NCBI GenBank assembly: GCA_013695915.1
Contig: JACCZN010000142.1
Span: 1-45,207 of the forward strand
DNA from: Rubrobacter sp.
Lineage (GTDB): Bacteria > Actinomycetota > Rubrobacteria > Rubrobacterales > Rubrobacteraceae
Direction of reading: 5' to 3'
DNA length: 45,207 nucleotides
Both the position numbers and the translations under genes were made by a program. The notes beneath the pieces are model-generated. The model was given only the letters and a program-made list of their open reading frames with translations. It searched no databases and was not told where the DNA came from. Every line of letters begins with the position of its first letter. Positions within the stretch are counted from its first letter, which is position 1. Shown here piece by piece: positions 1 through 9,172 of this stretch.

Positions 1-547
1 TGTCCTTGAGGCGGGCACTCCTGACCTCCCTGGACTTCCGCTCCTCCCCCAGACGCTCGTTTATCTTCTCTATCCGCTCCCGGATGAGGCGCCGGTCGTA
101 CTCCAGTTGCTGCTCGCCGGGGCCGCGGGTGCCGACGCCGCCGCCGAGGCGGCTGAGAGCCGTGCTCTGTCCCTTCACCCTCGGGAGGCGGTACTCTAGC
201 TCGGCGAGCTCCACCTCAAGCTTGCTGGCACGGTCCCGCGCGTGGGACTCGAAGATCCTTATGATCAACTCGGTGCGATCCACGACCGATACCCCGGCAG
301 CTCGTTCAAGCACCCGGGACTGGGACGCTGTAAGCTCGTCGTCGGTGATGACCGCCTCGGCACCGGTGCCGTCTACGAGTTCTCGCAACTCTTCCCTCTT
401 ACCGCGCCCCAGGTACCCGGTGTTGTCCCGGCGGTTCTGCTCGATGAGGCCGAACACCTGTATGCCAAGCGTGCTGGAGAGGCGCGAGAGCTCTTCCATG
501 TGTCGGGGTTCCCCGGCGCCAGCGAGTACCGCTCTACTTATCACCAT
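1..547 (-). CDS. hflX: GTPase HflX (5' part; runs off window)
   Basis: Not in ORF track. Manual translation from ATG 547: MVISRAVLAG...YLGRGKREEL...DDELTASQSRVLE...VVDRTELIIRIFESHA...SKLEVELAELEYRLPR...GGGVGTRGPGEQQLEYDRR, the HflX N-terminal motifs. Follows miaA. Confidence 0.95.
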   Translation of the reverse strand, partial: MVISRAVLAGAGEPRHMEELSRLSSTLGIQVFGLIEQNRRDNTGYLGRGKREELRELVDGTGAEAVITDDELTASQSRVLERAAGVSVVDRTELIIRIFESHARDRASKLEVELAELEYRLPRVKGQSTALSRLGGGVGTRGPGEQQLEYDRRLIRERIEKINERLGEERKSREVRSARLKD

Positions 548-1401
548 GTTCTTATTATATCATCGGCCTCTGCCCGGGCCTTCGAGTACTGTTCGCTGAC
601 GGAAGGTTCCTCTACCACAGAGAAGGGAACATCAGGCGCAAGGGTACGAGCCAGCTTGTCGAACCACCGGATCTGACGCCTCGCAAGCCTCCTGGTCCTG
701 GTGGAGATCCTGGTCTCCGCCTCTCTGAGCGTGATCTCCCCTCGGATGTACGCTGCAAGCTCCCTGATGCCTATGGACTGCCTGACCGAGGCGTTGACCT
801 CCGGCAGTCTCATCAGGGAGCGGACCTCCTCTATGCCCTCTTCAGCTATCTTCCTGGACCTCTTCGCTATCGCCTCGTCAAGGACTCCTCTCGGCGGTCT
901 CAGGTAGACGATACCCGTCTCAAAGACCGGCGTCCCTGCCCAGATCGAACCCCCAGGCTCAAAACCGCCGATCCGTAACTCCTCCTCCCTTACTCTACGC
1001 CGCACGTTCCCGCCACTCCCCACCTGCACCCTTGCCTGCTCCCGCACCTCGCGGCTCACAGTCGGAGCCATGGGGATATCCAGAAGCGTGGCGTTCAGGT
1101 ACATGCCCGTACCGGCCTCCATAACACAGGGGCCACCGTCAGCCTCAATGATGCTCCGCGCCTGTTCCCTGTGTCGAACAACGGTCCAGTACTCTGCTAC
1201 GGATGCTATACCCCTGAGCCGCGCCGGCCTCCCGCGGCTCTGGTTGGTGACCACGGGTATCTCCCGGTAGACCTGCATCGAATCTATCACGAGGGTCTCT
1301 ACCCACCTCGACAGACCTTCCGACAACTCTTCAGACACCCCGTCAGAGAGCTTGCTCTTCCCGCTAGCGGTAGGACCGCAGACCACTAGTACCCTACTCA
1401 T
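541..1401 (-). CDS. miaA: tRNA dimethylallyltransferase (divergent, short)
   Basis: GPTASGKS P-loop, DSMQVYR, GTGMYL and TRRLARRQIRWF motifs; upstream of hflX. Confidence 0.92.
   Translation of the reverse strand: MSRVLVVCGPTASGKSKLSDGVSEELSEGLSRWVETLVIDSMQVYREIPVVTNQSRGRPARLRGIASVAEYWTVVRHREQARSIIEADGGPCVMEAGTGMYLNATLLDIPMAPTVSREVREQARVQVGSGGNVRRRVREEELRIGGFEPGGSIWAGTPVFETGIVYLRPPRGVLDEAIAKRSRKIAEEGIEEVRSLMRLPEVNASVRQSIGIRELAAYIRGEITLREAETRISTRTRRLARRQIRWFDKLARTLAPDVPFSVVEEPSVSEQYSKARAEADDIIRTW
554..562 (-). promoter_or_regulatory. Extended -10 promoter (TGA-TATAAT) for a probably leaderless hflX transcript
   Basis: Minus strand reads TGATATAATAAGAAC-ATG. Perfect TGn-TATAAT 6 nt before the hflX ATG, inside the miaA 3' end; no SD. 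Confidence 0.6.
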
Positions 1402-2362
1402 ACTCTTCCTCGGGGAAGTTCAGCTCTACCTCTATAAACAGCCTCCCCGGTTGGCTGACCTGGGTCCCCTCCATGACGTGGCTAGCTTCCAGGTATCTGC
1501 TATGAGCGGCCTGCTGTATTATCTGGTCCACAGCCGCGAGCTCCTCCTGATTCAGAACAAGCTCCGGGAGATCTCGCGCACTCTCCCGCTCTCTCCTAGA
1601 AGAACTCCAGGACCCCTCCCCATTCTCCGACGAGCCACGTACCTCCACCGGCATCGCAGGATCTACGCTGCCCCTCAGTACCCTCTGCACGGTCCTCCCC
1701 GATACCTGTAGACCTAATCGCTTTGCCTCTTCCCTGACCCTGGAAGCGCTTCCAGGCTTATCAGCATCTGGACGGTTTACGTTGCTGACTGGAGGTATTA
1801 TGTGGTTTTTTAATAGGGTGGATAGTATCCGGGAGGGTGTCGCGTGGTAAATGGTCGGGGAGTTTTGTAGCAAGGCGAGGGCATCGAGGGTCGCCGGTAT
1901 ATTGGAGCGTGAGGGGCGGGTGCCGGACTGCAGTGAGGTCTCCGGGAGCTTCGAGGTATCGAAGGCTGCTCTTACGGACGTGGGGTTCGAGGCTGAGAGG
2001 AACTCTGCGCTCTCCGAGAGCTCCTTGAGGTGGTACAGGGAGAGGCCGGCGCCGTGTGGCGGCTCGTCCGCATGGGAGAGAGCTGGTCTCAGGTGCCGGG
2101 TGGTGACGCCGGGTTCGAAGACCCGGTCGGTGTAGGAAGCGGGGATCCCCTCCCCGTCGTCTATCACGGTCAGGATGCGGTACCGGCGGCGTCGAAGGGT
2201 GGATGCGACATAGACGTTGCGGGCACCGGCGTCCCGGGCGTTTCGCAGGAGCTCGAAGAGGGCGTCCTCGACGCAGGTTATTCGAGGCGGGACCCGGCGG
2301 ACACCCTCTCTGCCAGAGAGCCGGGCGAAGCCGTGGCCCAGTTCCCTGTAGGGGCCCTCCAC
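1394..2362 (-). CDS. Uncharacterised GHKL/HATPase-fold ATP-binding protein with possible C-terminal HTH
   Basis: ELLRNARDAGA (N box), VIDDGEGIP (G1), VFEPGVTT (F box), HGAGLSL (G2). No HisKA or TM segment. Abuts the rny stop and overlaps the miaA start. Confidence 0.8.
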   Translation of the reverse strand: MEGPYRELGHGFARLSGREGVRRVPPRITCVEDALFELLRNARDAGARNVYVASTLRRRRYRILTVIDDGEGIPASYTDRVFEPGVTTRHLRPALSHADEPPHGAGLSLYHLKELSESAEFLSASNPTSVRAAFDTSKLPETSLQSGTRPSRSNIPATLDALALLQNSPTIYHATPSRILSTLLKNHIIPPVSNVNRPDADKPGSASRVREEAKRLGLQVSGRTVQRVLRGSVDPAMPVEVRGSSENGEGSWSSSRRERESARDLPELVLNQEELAAVDQIIQQAAHSRYLEASHVMEGTQVSQPGRLFIEVELNFPEEEYE

Positions 2363-3919
2363 CTACCGGGCCACCTCGCTCACCCGGCTCTCGCGGATGA
2401 CGGTGACCCGGATCTGGCCGGGGTACTCGAGCTCGTTCTCTATCTGCCGGGATATGTCGAGGGCGAGCTTTGCGGCGATACGGTCGTCGACCTCCGAGGG
2501 CTGGACCATGACCCGTATCTCGCGCCCGGCCTGTATGGCGTACGCTTTGTCCACGCCGTGGTGCCCGGTGGCTATCTTCTCCAGAGCCCTGAGGCGTTCG
2601 ATGTAGATCTCGGTCGTCTCCCGCCGGGCTCCGGGGCGGGAGGCGGAGACGGCATCGGCGCTGGCGACCAGCACGTCCTCGACGGTCTCCATCTCGACCT
2701 CGTGGTGGTGAGCACTAATACCCCGCACCACGTCTTCGGACTCCCCACTCTTCCTGGCGAACCGGCCCCCGATCAGGGCGTGGGTCCCTTCTACCTCGTG
2801 GTCTATCGCCTTTCCCACGTCGTGGAGCAGGGCCGCCCGGCGGCTGATTTTTACATCAGCCCCGAGCTCGGCGGCCATCATCCCGCAGAGGTTGGATACC
2901 TCGACGGAGTGGGCCAGGACGTTCTGGCCGTAGGAGGTCCGGTACTGCAGGGCACCGAGAAGCCGGACCAAGTCGTTGTCCATCTCGCCCCGGATATTGG
3001 CGTCATAGAGCGCCTGGCGGCCAGCGCTCTTCATCTCCTTCTCGACGTCCTTCCTGGCTTTCGCCACGAGCTGCTCTATCCGGCCCGGGTGTATCCGTCC
3101 GTCCTTGACCAGACGCTCCATGGAGACCCGGGCTATCTCCCGGCGTATCGGGTCAAAGCACGACAACACGACCGTCTCCGGGGTGTCGTCTATGATCACG
3201 TCCACCCCCGTGGCAGCCTCGAAGGCCCGGATGTTGCGCCCCTCCTTGCCGATCACCCGCCCCTTCATGTCGTCGGAGGAGAGGGTTATGGCCTTTACCG
3301 TAGACTCCGAGGTCTGCTCGGAGGAGAGCCGCTCCATAGTGGCGGCCACGATCCTGCGGGCCTCCCGCTCGGCGTTCTCCTCGGCCTCTATGGTACGGTC
3401 CCGGACCATGCGCCCGAGCCTTCCCTCGAGCTCAGCCTCAAGTTCAGAGAAGAGCCGGCGCTCCGCATCCGCTCGGGTAAGGCCGGAGACCTCTTCGAGC
3501 GCCTGCAGGTGCTCGGACTCCCGTGAGACGAGGTCCTCGGAGCGGAGGCGGAGGCTCTCCTCCTGACCGGAGAGCTTCTGACGCTCTCTCTCCACCTCCG
3601 TCTCCCGGCGCTCCAGCGAAGCCTCCCTGCTCTCCAGACGCTCCTCGAGACGGGCGAGGTCCGTACGGCGATCCCGGATCTCGCTCTCAGCCTCGTTCTT
3701 TATGCGCAGCGACGCCTCTTTCGCTGCGAGCTCCGCTTCCCGGCGGGCGGTCTCCACCTCCCGCCGGGACTCCCGCTCGGCCTCCTCCCTTATAGACTCC
3801 GCATCAGTCCGCGCTGCAACCTGTCGGGCCTGTGTCCTGCGGGTACAGAAGAGGAGCCCGGCGGCGAAGCCGAGGCCCAGAGCCGCGAAGATCGCCGCGA
3901 CCAGTAGTACCGTGCTCAT
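2363..3919 (-). CDS. rny: Ribonuclease Y
   Basis: N-terminal TM helix, coiled coil, KH (DMKGRVIGKEGRNIR), HD domain (LLHDVGKA), YPGQIRVTVIRE. ATG 3919 preceded by GGAGG. Confidence 0.97.
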   Translation of the reverse strand: MSTVLLVAAIFAALGLGFAAGLLFCTRRTQARQVAARTDAESIREEAERESRREVETARREAELAAKEASLRIKNEAESEIRDRRTDLARLEERLESREASLERRETEVERERQKLSGQEESLRLRSEDLVSRESEHLQALEEVSGLTRADAERRLFSELEAELEGRLGRMVRDRTIEAEENAEREARRIVAATMERLSSEQTSESTVKAITLSSDDMKGRVIGKEGRNIRAFEAATGVDVIIDDTPETVVLSCFDPIRREIARVSMERLVKDGRIHPGRIEQLVAKARKDVEKEMKSAGRQALYDANIRGEMDNDLVRLLGALQYRTSYGQNVLAHSVEVSNLCGMMAAELGADVKISRRAALLHDVGKAIDHEVEGTHALIGGRFARKSGESEDVVRGISAHHHEVEMETVEDVLVASADAVSASRPGARRETTEIYIERLRALEKIATGHHGVDKAYAIQAGREIRVMVQPSEVDDRIAAKLALDISRQIENELEYPGQIRVTVIRESRVSEVAR

Positions 3920-3929
3920 GTCGTCCTCC

Positions 3930-3984
3930 AAAAAGGCCGCCAGGCCTGGCCGCGATACGTACCGCGGTCCCCGTGCCGGTGGCC
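3930..3984 (-). promoter_or_regulatory. Stem-loop plus U5 tract directly upstream of the rny SD (possible attenuator or processing structure)
   Basis: Minus strand GGCCACCGG...CCGCGGTACGTATCGCGG...CTGGCGGCC-TTTTT-GGAGG; nested inverted repeats. Confidence 0.45.
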
Positions 3985-4000
3985 GGTCAAGCTCAAGTGT

Positions 4001-4642
4001 CTACGTATCGGCCTCCTCGCTAGCCCGCAAGTCACCGTCTACCCGGAACTCCCGGGCGATCTCGGCGCACACACCGGCAGAGTAGCCCCGGCGCGCCAGA
4101 AAGCCGTACACCCGGCGCGACTCCGCGTCGGATCCCTGTCCCGTATTATAACGCCGTAGCGCGGCGCTACGCGCCTCCTCGACCTCCGAACGACCCGAGA
4201 ACTCCTCCTCCACAGCGGCGTCGGCCAACTCCTCGCTGACCCCGCCCTTCAGGAGGTCGCTGTACACCCGGCGCGGCCCGTACTTCCCCCCTCTCTCACG
4301 AGCCACGGTCCGGGCGAACTCCCGGTCATCGACGTACCCGAGCTCCTCGAGCCGGGCCAATACCTCCTCGATAGTCCGGTCCCCATAGCCGTACCGGTAC
4401 AGGCGGCCCCGTACCTCGCCCGCAGAGCGGGCCCGATAGGCAAGGTAGTCAAAGGCCCGGGTCATAGCGAGGGACCTCTCACCCGCAACCCGCACCCCAT
4501 CCAGCTCCTCTTCGGAGATGGACAGACCCTCGTACAACCCCCGGTCCAGCATTACCTCGGAGGCTATCTCGGCGAACGGCTCGCCGTCTACCGATACCCA
4601 CACCCTCCCCCGCCGCTCTCTGAGACCCGTGATCTCCGGCAC
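4001..4642 (-). CDS. recX: Regulatory protein RecX
   Basis: YLAYRARSAGEV, LEELGYVDDREFA, KYGPRRV, GFLARRGYS; directly downstream of recA. Confidence 0.93.
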   Translation of the reverse strand: MPEITGLRERRGRVWVSVDGEPFAEIASEVMLDRGLYEGLSISEEELDGVRVAGERSLAMTRAFDYLAYRARSAGEVRGRLYRYGYGDRTIEEVLARLEELGYVDDREFARTVARERGGKYGPRRVYSDLLKGGVSEELADAAVEEEFSGRSEVEEARSAALRRYNTGQGSDAESRRVYGFLARRGYSAGVCAEIAREFRVDGDLRASEEADT

Positions 4643-4670
4643 CCGCTAACCCCTCAGAAGAGCGCGTACC

Positions 4671-5783
4671 CTACAGAGGCCGCCCCGCAGGCTCACCTTC
4701 GAGGGGAGCGACTTCCGGGGCCTCGGCCGACGGCTCCTGCGGGGTATCCTCCGCAGCGTCGTCCACGGGGTTGCCGGATTCGTCCAGGCCCAGCTTCTCG
4801 AAGATATCTTTTATGACCCTCTCCCGTAGCTCCGCGTCCTCCTTCAGGGTCTGCTTGGAGTTCTCTCGACCCTGACCCAGGCGCTCGTCACCGTAGGCGA
4901 ACCAGGCCCCACTCTTCTGCACCACACCGTTCTCGATGCCGATGTCCAACAGGCTCCCCTCCCGGGAGATACCCTCACCGTACATAATGTCGAAGTCCAC
5001 CGTCTTGAACGGCGGAGCCACCTTGTTCTTCACGACCTTGACCCGAGTCTGGTTGCCGACCGTGTCGTTACCGACCTTGAGAGCCCCGATCCTGCGTATA
5101 TCTATCCTCACGCTCGAGTAGAACTTCAATGCGCGTCCACCGGGGGTAGTCTCCGGAGAACCGAAGGTAACCCCGATCTTCTCCCGAAGCTGGTTTATGA
5201 AGATCGCCATGGTACCAGACCGGTTCAGAGAGCCCGACAGCTTCCTCAACGCCTGGCTCATGAGACGAGCCTGAAGCCCAACGTGAGAGTCACCCATCTC
5301 ACCCTCTATTTCAGCTCTAGGCACAAGCGCAGCCACGGAGTCCACGACCACGATATCCAGGGCGCCGGACCTTATAAGGGTGTCGGCGATCTCCAGGGCC
5401 TGTTCTCCGTTGTCTGGTTGGGAGAAGTAGAGGTTATCTACGTCCACGCCTATGGCCTGGGCGTAGATAGGGTCCAGGGCATGCTCCGCGTCTATAAAGG
5501 CGGCGAGTCCCCCGGCCTTCTGGGCCTCTGCCAGCACGTGGAGGGCCAGGGTAGTCTTGCCGCTGGACTCGGGACCGTAGATCTCCACGATACGGCCCCT
5601 CGGTAACCCGCCGACACCGAGGGCCAGGTCCAGCGAGAGCGCGCCGGTGGAGATGGAAGCCACCTTGCGGCGGGTCTCGTCTCCCATGCGCATTATCGAG
5701 CCCTTTCCGAACTGCTTCTCTATCTGGGATACGGCGGCGCCGATCGCTTTGCTCTTATCCAATGAATCCTCCACGGTTGGCAC
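4671..5783 (-). CDS. recA: Recombinase RecA
   Basis: [36 protein letters not shown] and KNKVAPPF motifs. Confidence 0.99.
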   Translation of the reverse strand: MPTVEDSLDKSKAIGAAVSQIEKQFGKGSIMRMGDETRRKVASISTGALSLDLALGVGGLPRGRIVEIYGPESSGKTTLALHVLAEAQKAGGLAAFIDAEHALDPIYAQAIGVDVDNLYFSQPDNGEQALEIADTLIRSGALDIVVVDSVAALVPRAEIEGEMGDSHVGLQARLMSQALRKLSGSLNRSGTMAIFINQLREKIGVTFGSPETTPGGRALKFYSSVRIDIRRIGALKVGNDTVGNQTRVKVVKNKVAPPFKTVDFDIMYGEGISREGSLLDIGIENGVVQKSGAWFAYGDERLGQGRENSKQTLKEDAELRERVIKDIFEKLGLDESGNPVDDAAEDTPQEPSAEAPEVAPLEGEPAGRPL

Positions 5784-5797
5784 GCGTGGCGCGTGCG

Positions 5798-5811
5798 CGA
5801 ATAGTCTTTCT
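5798..5811. promoter_or_regulatory. Degenerate Gram-positive-type LexA (SOS) box candidate
   Basis: CGAATAGTCTTTCT versus consensus CGAAC-N4-GTTCG, lying between the recA promoter and start codon. Confidence 0.4.
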
Positions 5812-5827
5812 GTGACGTGCCCCGCTA

Positions 5828-5856
5828 ATTATACTGTAGCCGGTAAGGCCTACCAA
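5828..5856 (-). promoter_or_regulatory. Sigma-70-type promoter of recA
   Basis: TTGGTA-N17-TATAAT on minus strand about 45 nt upstream of recA. Confidence 0.7.
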
Positions 5857-5900
5857 CGGCCGGGATGCTAGACGGACGCTCAAGGACGGGACCAAAGGGG

Positions 5901-6806
5901 TCAACCCTGGCTCTTCAGGGTGAAGCTTCGGGTCGTGATCTCACCGTCATCGCCCAGGGCTCCGTACTCCTGTCCGTTTACCTCCAGCTCCACAGCACCG
6001 GCGTTCCCGCTGGTTATGGCAAGGGACTGCTGGGACTCGAAGCTCTGCACGAAGCCCTGCTGCGCAAAGCCCTGGAACGCTAGCTCACCGTCGGAGCGGA
6101 CGCTGATCCAGACCTCCGTGTCGCTGACCGAGACGGTGGTGACGATGCTGTCTCCCTCTACCTCTCCGGAGCTCCCGATAGTGGACCCGCCAGAAGTGTC
6201 TTCAGCCTGGTCCGTGGTCTCGCTCGTTGTGGTCTCGTTCGTTGTGGTATCGGTGGTCTCGAGGGCGGGGTTCGGCTCGTCCGGCGCACCATCGGTCGCG
6301 GGCGCGGCGTCGCCGGGTAGCGGTTCCACGCGATCTCCCGTGAGCTGCGCTTCCCGTCCGACGAAGTAGAACACCCCGACCAGCGCGATGAGGAATACTA
6401 CGGCCAGCGAGAGCGTTATAAAGATGGCGTTGGTGGCCCGGCGCCGGGCAGGCGTGGAGAGCCCGCCGGGGTTCCTGATCGGCCTCTCGAACTCGCCGCT
6501 GGCGGATGGACCGTGGACGGGCCTCTCGGTCGCGCTACCCCGGAACTCCCGGACGAGCTCCTCTCCATCCAGGCCCAGGAAGGTTGCGTAGCTCTTGAGG
6601 AAACCCTGCACGTAGATCCTATCCGGCAGGGCGTCGAAGTCCTCGTTTTCGAGCGCCTCGACGTAGCGGGTCCTTATCTTGGTAGCCTCCTCCACGTCCT
6701 GCAGGCTGAGGCCGCGCTCCTTGCGCAAAGCTTCGAGCGTGCGACCTATACCGAGCTCCCCGTCTCTCTCTACGTGACCCGTAGGGCCCTCCCGGTCCGT
6801 GGACAT
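5901..6806 (-). CDS. rodZ: RodZ-like protein (HTH + TM + DUF4115-like C-terminal domain)
   Basis: IGRTLEALRKERGLSLQDVEEATKIRTRYVEALENEDFDALP..YVQGFLKSYA, single TM, C-terminal WISVRSDG...GNAGAVELEVNG; downstream of ftsK. Confidence 0.85.
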   Translation of the reverse strand: MSTDREGPTGHVERDGELGIGRTLEALRKERGLSLQDVEEATKIRTRYVEALENEDFDALPDRIYVQGFLKSYATFLGLDGEELVREFRGSATERPVHGPSASGEFERPIRNPGGLSTPARRRATNAIFITLSLAVVFLIALVGVFYFVGREAQLTGDRVEPLPGDAAPATDGAPDEPNPALETTDTTTNETTTSETTDQAEDTSGGSTIGSSGEVEGDSIVTTVSVSDTEVWISVRSDGELAFQGFAQQGFVQSFESQQSLAITSGNAGAVELEVNGQEYGALGDDGEITTRSFTLKSQG

Positions 6807-6825
6807 GAGCCAGCCAACACGACGC

Positions 6826-9165
6826 CTACCTCTCGGGGGAACCGTTCTCGTCCGGGAACATACCCGGCTGTGTGACGCCCGGGTTGGGGTTCCTGCCGGG
6901 AGACTGGTCCGCTGCCGGTGCGACGTCCTCTTCGCCGCTGCTGAAGATCTGGCCGAGGTCCATCTCCGTCGCCACTATGGACCGGCTCTTTGAGCCCTCG
7001 TACGGGCCGACCACCCCCTTGCGCTCCAGCGAGTCGATGATGCGGCCCGCCCGGGAGTAGCCGACCCGGAACCGGCGCTGCACGGCGCTCACGGAGGCCT
7101 GCTGGCTGGAGACCACGAAGCCCGCCGCGTCCGGCAGCAGGTCGTCCTCCGGCTCCTGTTGCTGCGCTCTCTCGGGCCGGCTCTCCGTGACCTCCTCGAT
7201 GTAGCGTGCCTCGGCGTTCTCCGTGCTCGCGGAGACCACCCGGTCCACCTCCTTCTCGGAGAGGTAGGCACCCTGTATCCTGGAGGGCCGGAGGGCAGAG
7301 ACTGGCTTGAAGAGCATATCCCCGCTACCCAGCAGGGCCTCGGCGCCCGGGTTGTCCAGTATCACCCGCGAGTCCACCTGGCTCGACACGGCGAAGGCTA
7401 TCCGGCTCGGTATATTGGCCTTTATCATGCCGGTGATCACGTCCACGCTCGGCCGCTGGGTGGCCACGACGAGGTGTATGCCCACGGCCCGGGCTTTCTG
7501 CGCGAGACGGATGACAGCGTCTTCCACCTTGGCCGCCGCCGTCATCATGAGGTCCGCCAGCTCGTCTATGACCACCACCACGTAGGGCAGCGGGCTCTCG
7601 CTCCTCTCGTTGTAGCCCTCTATGGAGCGGGTGCCGAACTTCTCCAGGAGCTCGTAGCGCCGCTCCATCTCCGCCACGGCCCAGGTAAGGGCGTTGGCCG
7701 CTTTCTTGACGTCCGTGACCACCGGCGTTATCAGGTGGGGTATCCTGCCGAACTGGCTCAACTCCACCCGCTTGGGGTCTATCAGCACCATCTTTACCTG
7801 CCGGGGGTCCGTGGTGAGGAGCAGGGAGGTCAGGAGGCCGTTGAGCATAACGCTCTTCCCGCTACCGGTCGTACCCGCTACCAGGAGGTGCGGCATCTCG
7901 GCGAGGTCCATGAACACGGCCCGCCCGGAGATGTCCTTGCCGAGACCCACGGGTAGCGCCCAGTCGCTGCCGGTGGGGTACTCGCCGAACACGTCGCCCA
8001 GGGTAACGGTCGCCGCACGCGTGTTCGGGACCTCCACCCCGACGGCGCTCTTGCCGGGTATGGGGGCCAGCATACGGACCTCGGTGGCGGCGAGAGCGTA
8101 GGCTATGTCCTGCTGCAGGTTGCGTACCTTGCCGACCTTTACACCGGAGCCGAGCCGGAGCTCGTAGCGGGTGACCCGCGGGCCCACTATAGCCCGCACG
8201 ACGTGGGCCTTTACCCCGAGCTCCTCGAGGGCCTGTGTCAGCCGCTGGCTGGTCCCCTCCGCGTCGTGCTCGGGGTCCTCGGCCCCGGCATCGAGCAGGG
8301 AGACCGACGGCGGTACGTAGTCCCCGTGTACCGGCTGCCCGATCTCCTCCAGCCCCCCGTGCCGGCCGCTATCGGGTAGCACGATCTCGAACTCCCTGGT
8401 ATCGCCGCCCTCGGGCTCTTCCGATGCCTCAACTGCTCCAGGCCCGGCCGAGCCGTGCGGAGCTCTCTGCTCTCCCTGCTCCGGGCTGCTCAGGCGGGGG
8501 CTGCGCCGGGCTCCCTCACGCGGGACTCTCTTGCGGACGCCGGACCTCGTGGCCTTCCAGCCCTCGTACCGGTTCCTCAGAACCGCAACTGCTCCTCCGG
8601 CTCCTTCACGGGCCGACAGGAGGGCCGACCCGGGCGCAACGCCTGTGAGCAGGGAGAGCCCTATGACGTAGAGCACGCCGAGCACCAGCACTACACCCAC
8701 GACGCCCCCGATCCAGTGGACCGCTGCGTACAGGGAGCTGCCGAGAAGACCGCCGTAGTCGGGGTAGAGTGCCGCGTCGAACATCCGGTCCTGCGGCAGC
8801 GTGGCGGCGAGCGTGCCGGAACCGGCGAGCAACAGGATACCCGCGCCCGAGATGCGGCCATAAGGTAGGTATCCGACGAGCAGAGCTACCCCTACAGCGG
8901 CGCAGGCCGGGGGCAGCAACAGGCCCGCGAGGCCCATGAGGTGCGTGACGCCCGCCATCCCCGTCTCGCCGAGCAGGGCTCCGCGGCCGGTCAGGAAGGC
9001 CGCTGTCAGGAACAGGCCTATCACCAGCAGGACCCCGCCTACCACCTCCCGCGAGATACGGGAGAGGAACGCGGTCGAGCGCCCGGAGGAGCTCGCCGGA
9101 CGCTTGGCGCCCTTGCTGGCGGAGGGCTTCTTAGTGCCCCCACGGGTCTGTCTCTTCGTAGCCAT
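6826..9165 (-). CDS. ftsK: DNA translocase FtsK/SpoIIIE
   Basis: N-terminal TM helices, PHLLVAGTTGSGKS, IDELADLMM, ATQRPSVDVITG, gamma domain (QRRFRVGYSRAGRIID). Confidence 0.97.
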   Translation of the reverse strand: MATKRQTRGGTKKPSASKGAKRPASSSGRSTAFLSRISREVVGGVLLVIGLFLTAAFLTGRGALLGETGMAGVTHLMGLAGLLLPPACAAVGVALLVGYLPYGRISGAGILLLAGSGTLAATLPQDRMFDAALYPDYGGLLGSSLYAAVHWIGGVVGVVLVLGVLYVIGLSLLTGVAPGSALLSAREGAGGAVAVLRNRYEGWKATRSGVRKRVPREGARRSPRLSSPEQGEQRAPHGSAGPGAVEASEEPEGGDTREFEIVLPDSGRHGGLEEIGQPVHGDYVPPSVSLLDAGAEDPEHDAEGTSQRLTQALEELGVKAHVVRAIVGPRVTRYELRLGSGVKVGKVRNLQQDIAYALAATEVRMLAPIPGKSAVGVEVPNTRAATVTLGDVFGEYPTGSDWALPVGLGKDISGRAVFMDLAEMPHLLVAGTTGSGKSVMLNGLLTSLLLTTDPRQVKMVLIDPKRVELSQFGRIPHLITPVVTDVKKAANALTWAVAEMERRYELLEKFGTRSIEGYNERSESPLPYVVVVIDELADLMMTAAAKVEDAVIRLAQKARAVGIHLVVATQRPSVDVITGMIKANIPSRIAFAVSSQVDSRVILDNPGAEALLGSGDMLFKPVSALRPSRIQGAYLSEKEVDRVVSASTENAEARYIEEVTESRPERAQQQEPEDDLLPDAAGFVVSSQQASVSAVQRRFRVGYSRAGRIIDSLERKGVVGPYEGSKSRSIVATEMDLGQIFSSGEEDVAPAADQSPGRNPNPGVTQPGMFPDENGSPER

Positions 9166-9172
9166 ACCCGTA

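Noticed and set aside
6-599. 197-aa plus-strand ORF
   Set aside because: It is the antisense of the hflX 5' region.
1739-1756. 18-bp palindrome as a parS or dif site
   Set aside because: It does not match the parS consensus TGTTTCACGTGAAACA or dif architecture; single intragenic occurrence.
1394-2362. Calling the GHKL gene mutL or a sensor histidine kinase
   Set aside because: It lacks GFRGEAL and the MutL C-terminal domain, and has no H-box, sensor region or adjacent response regulator.
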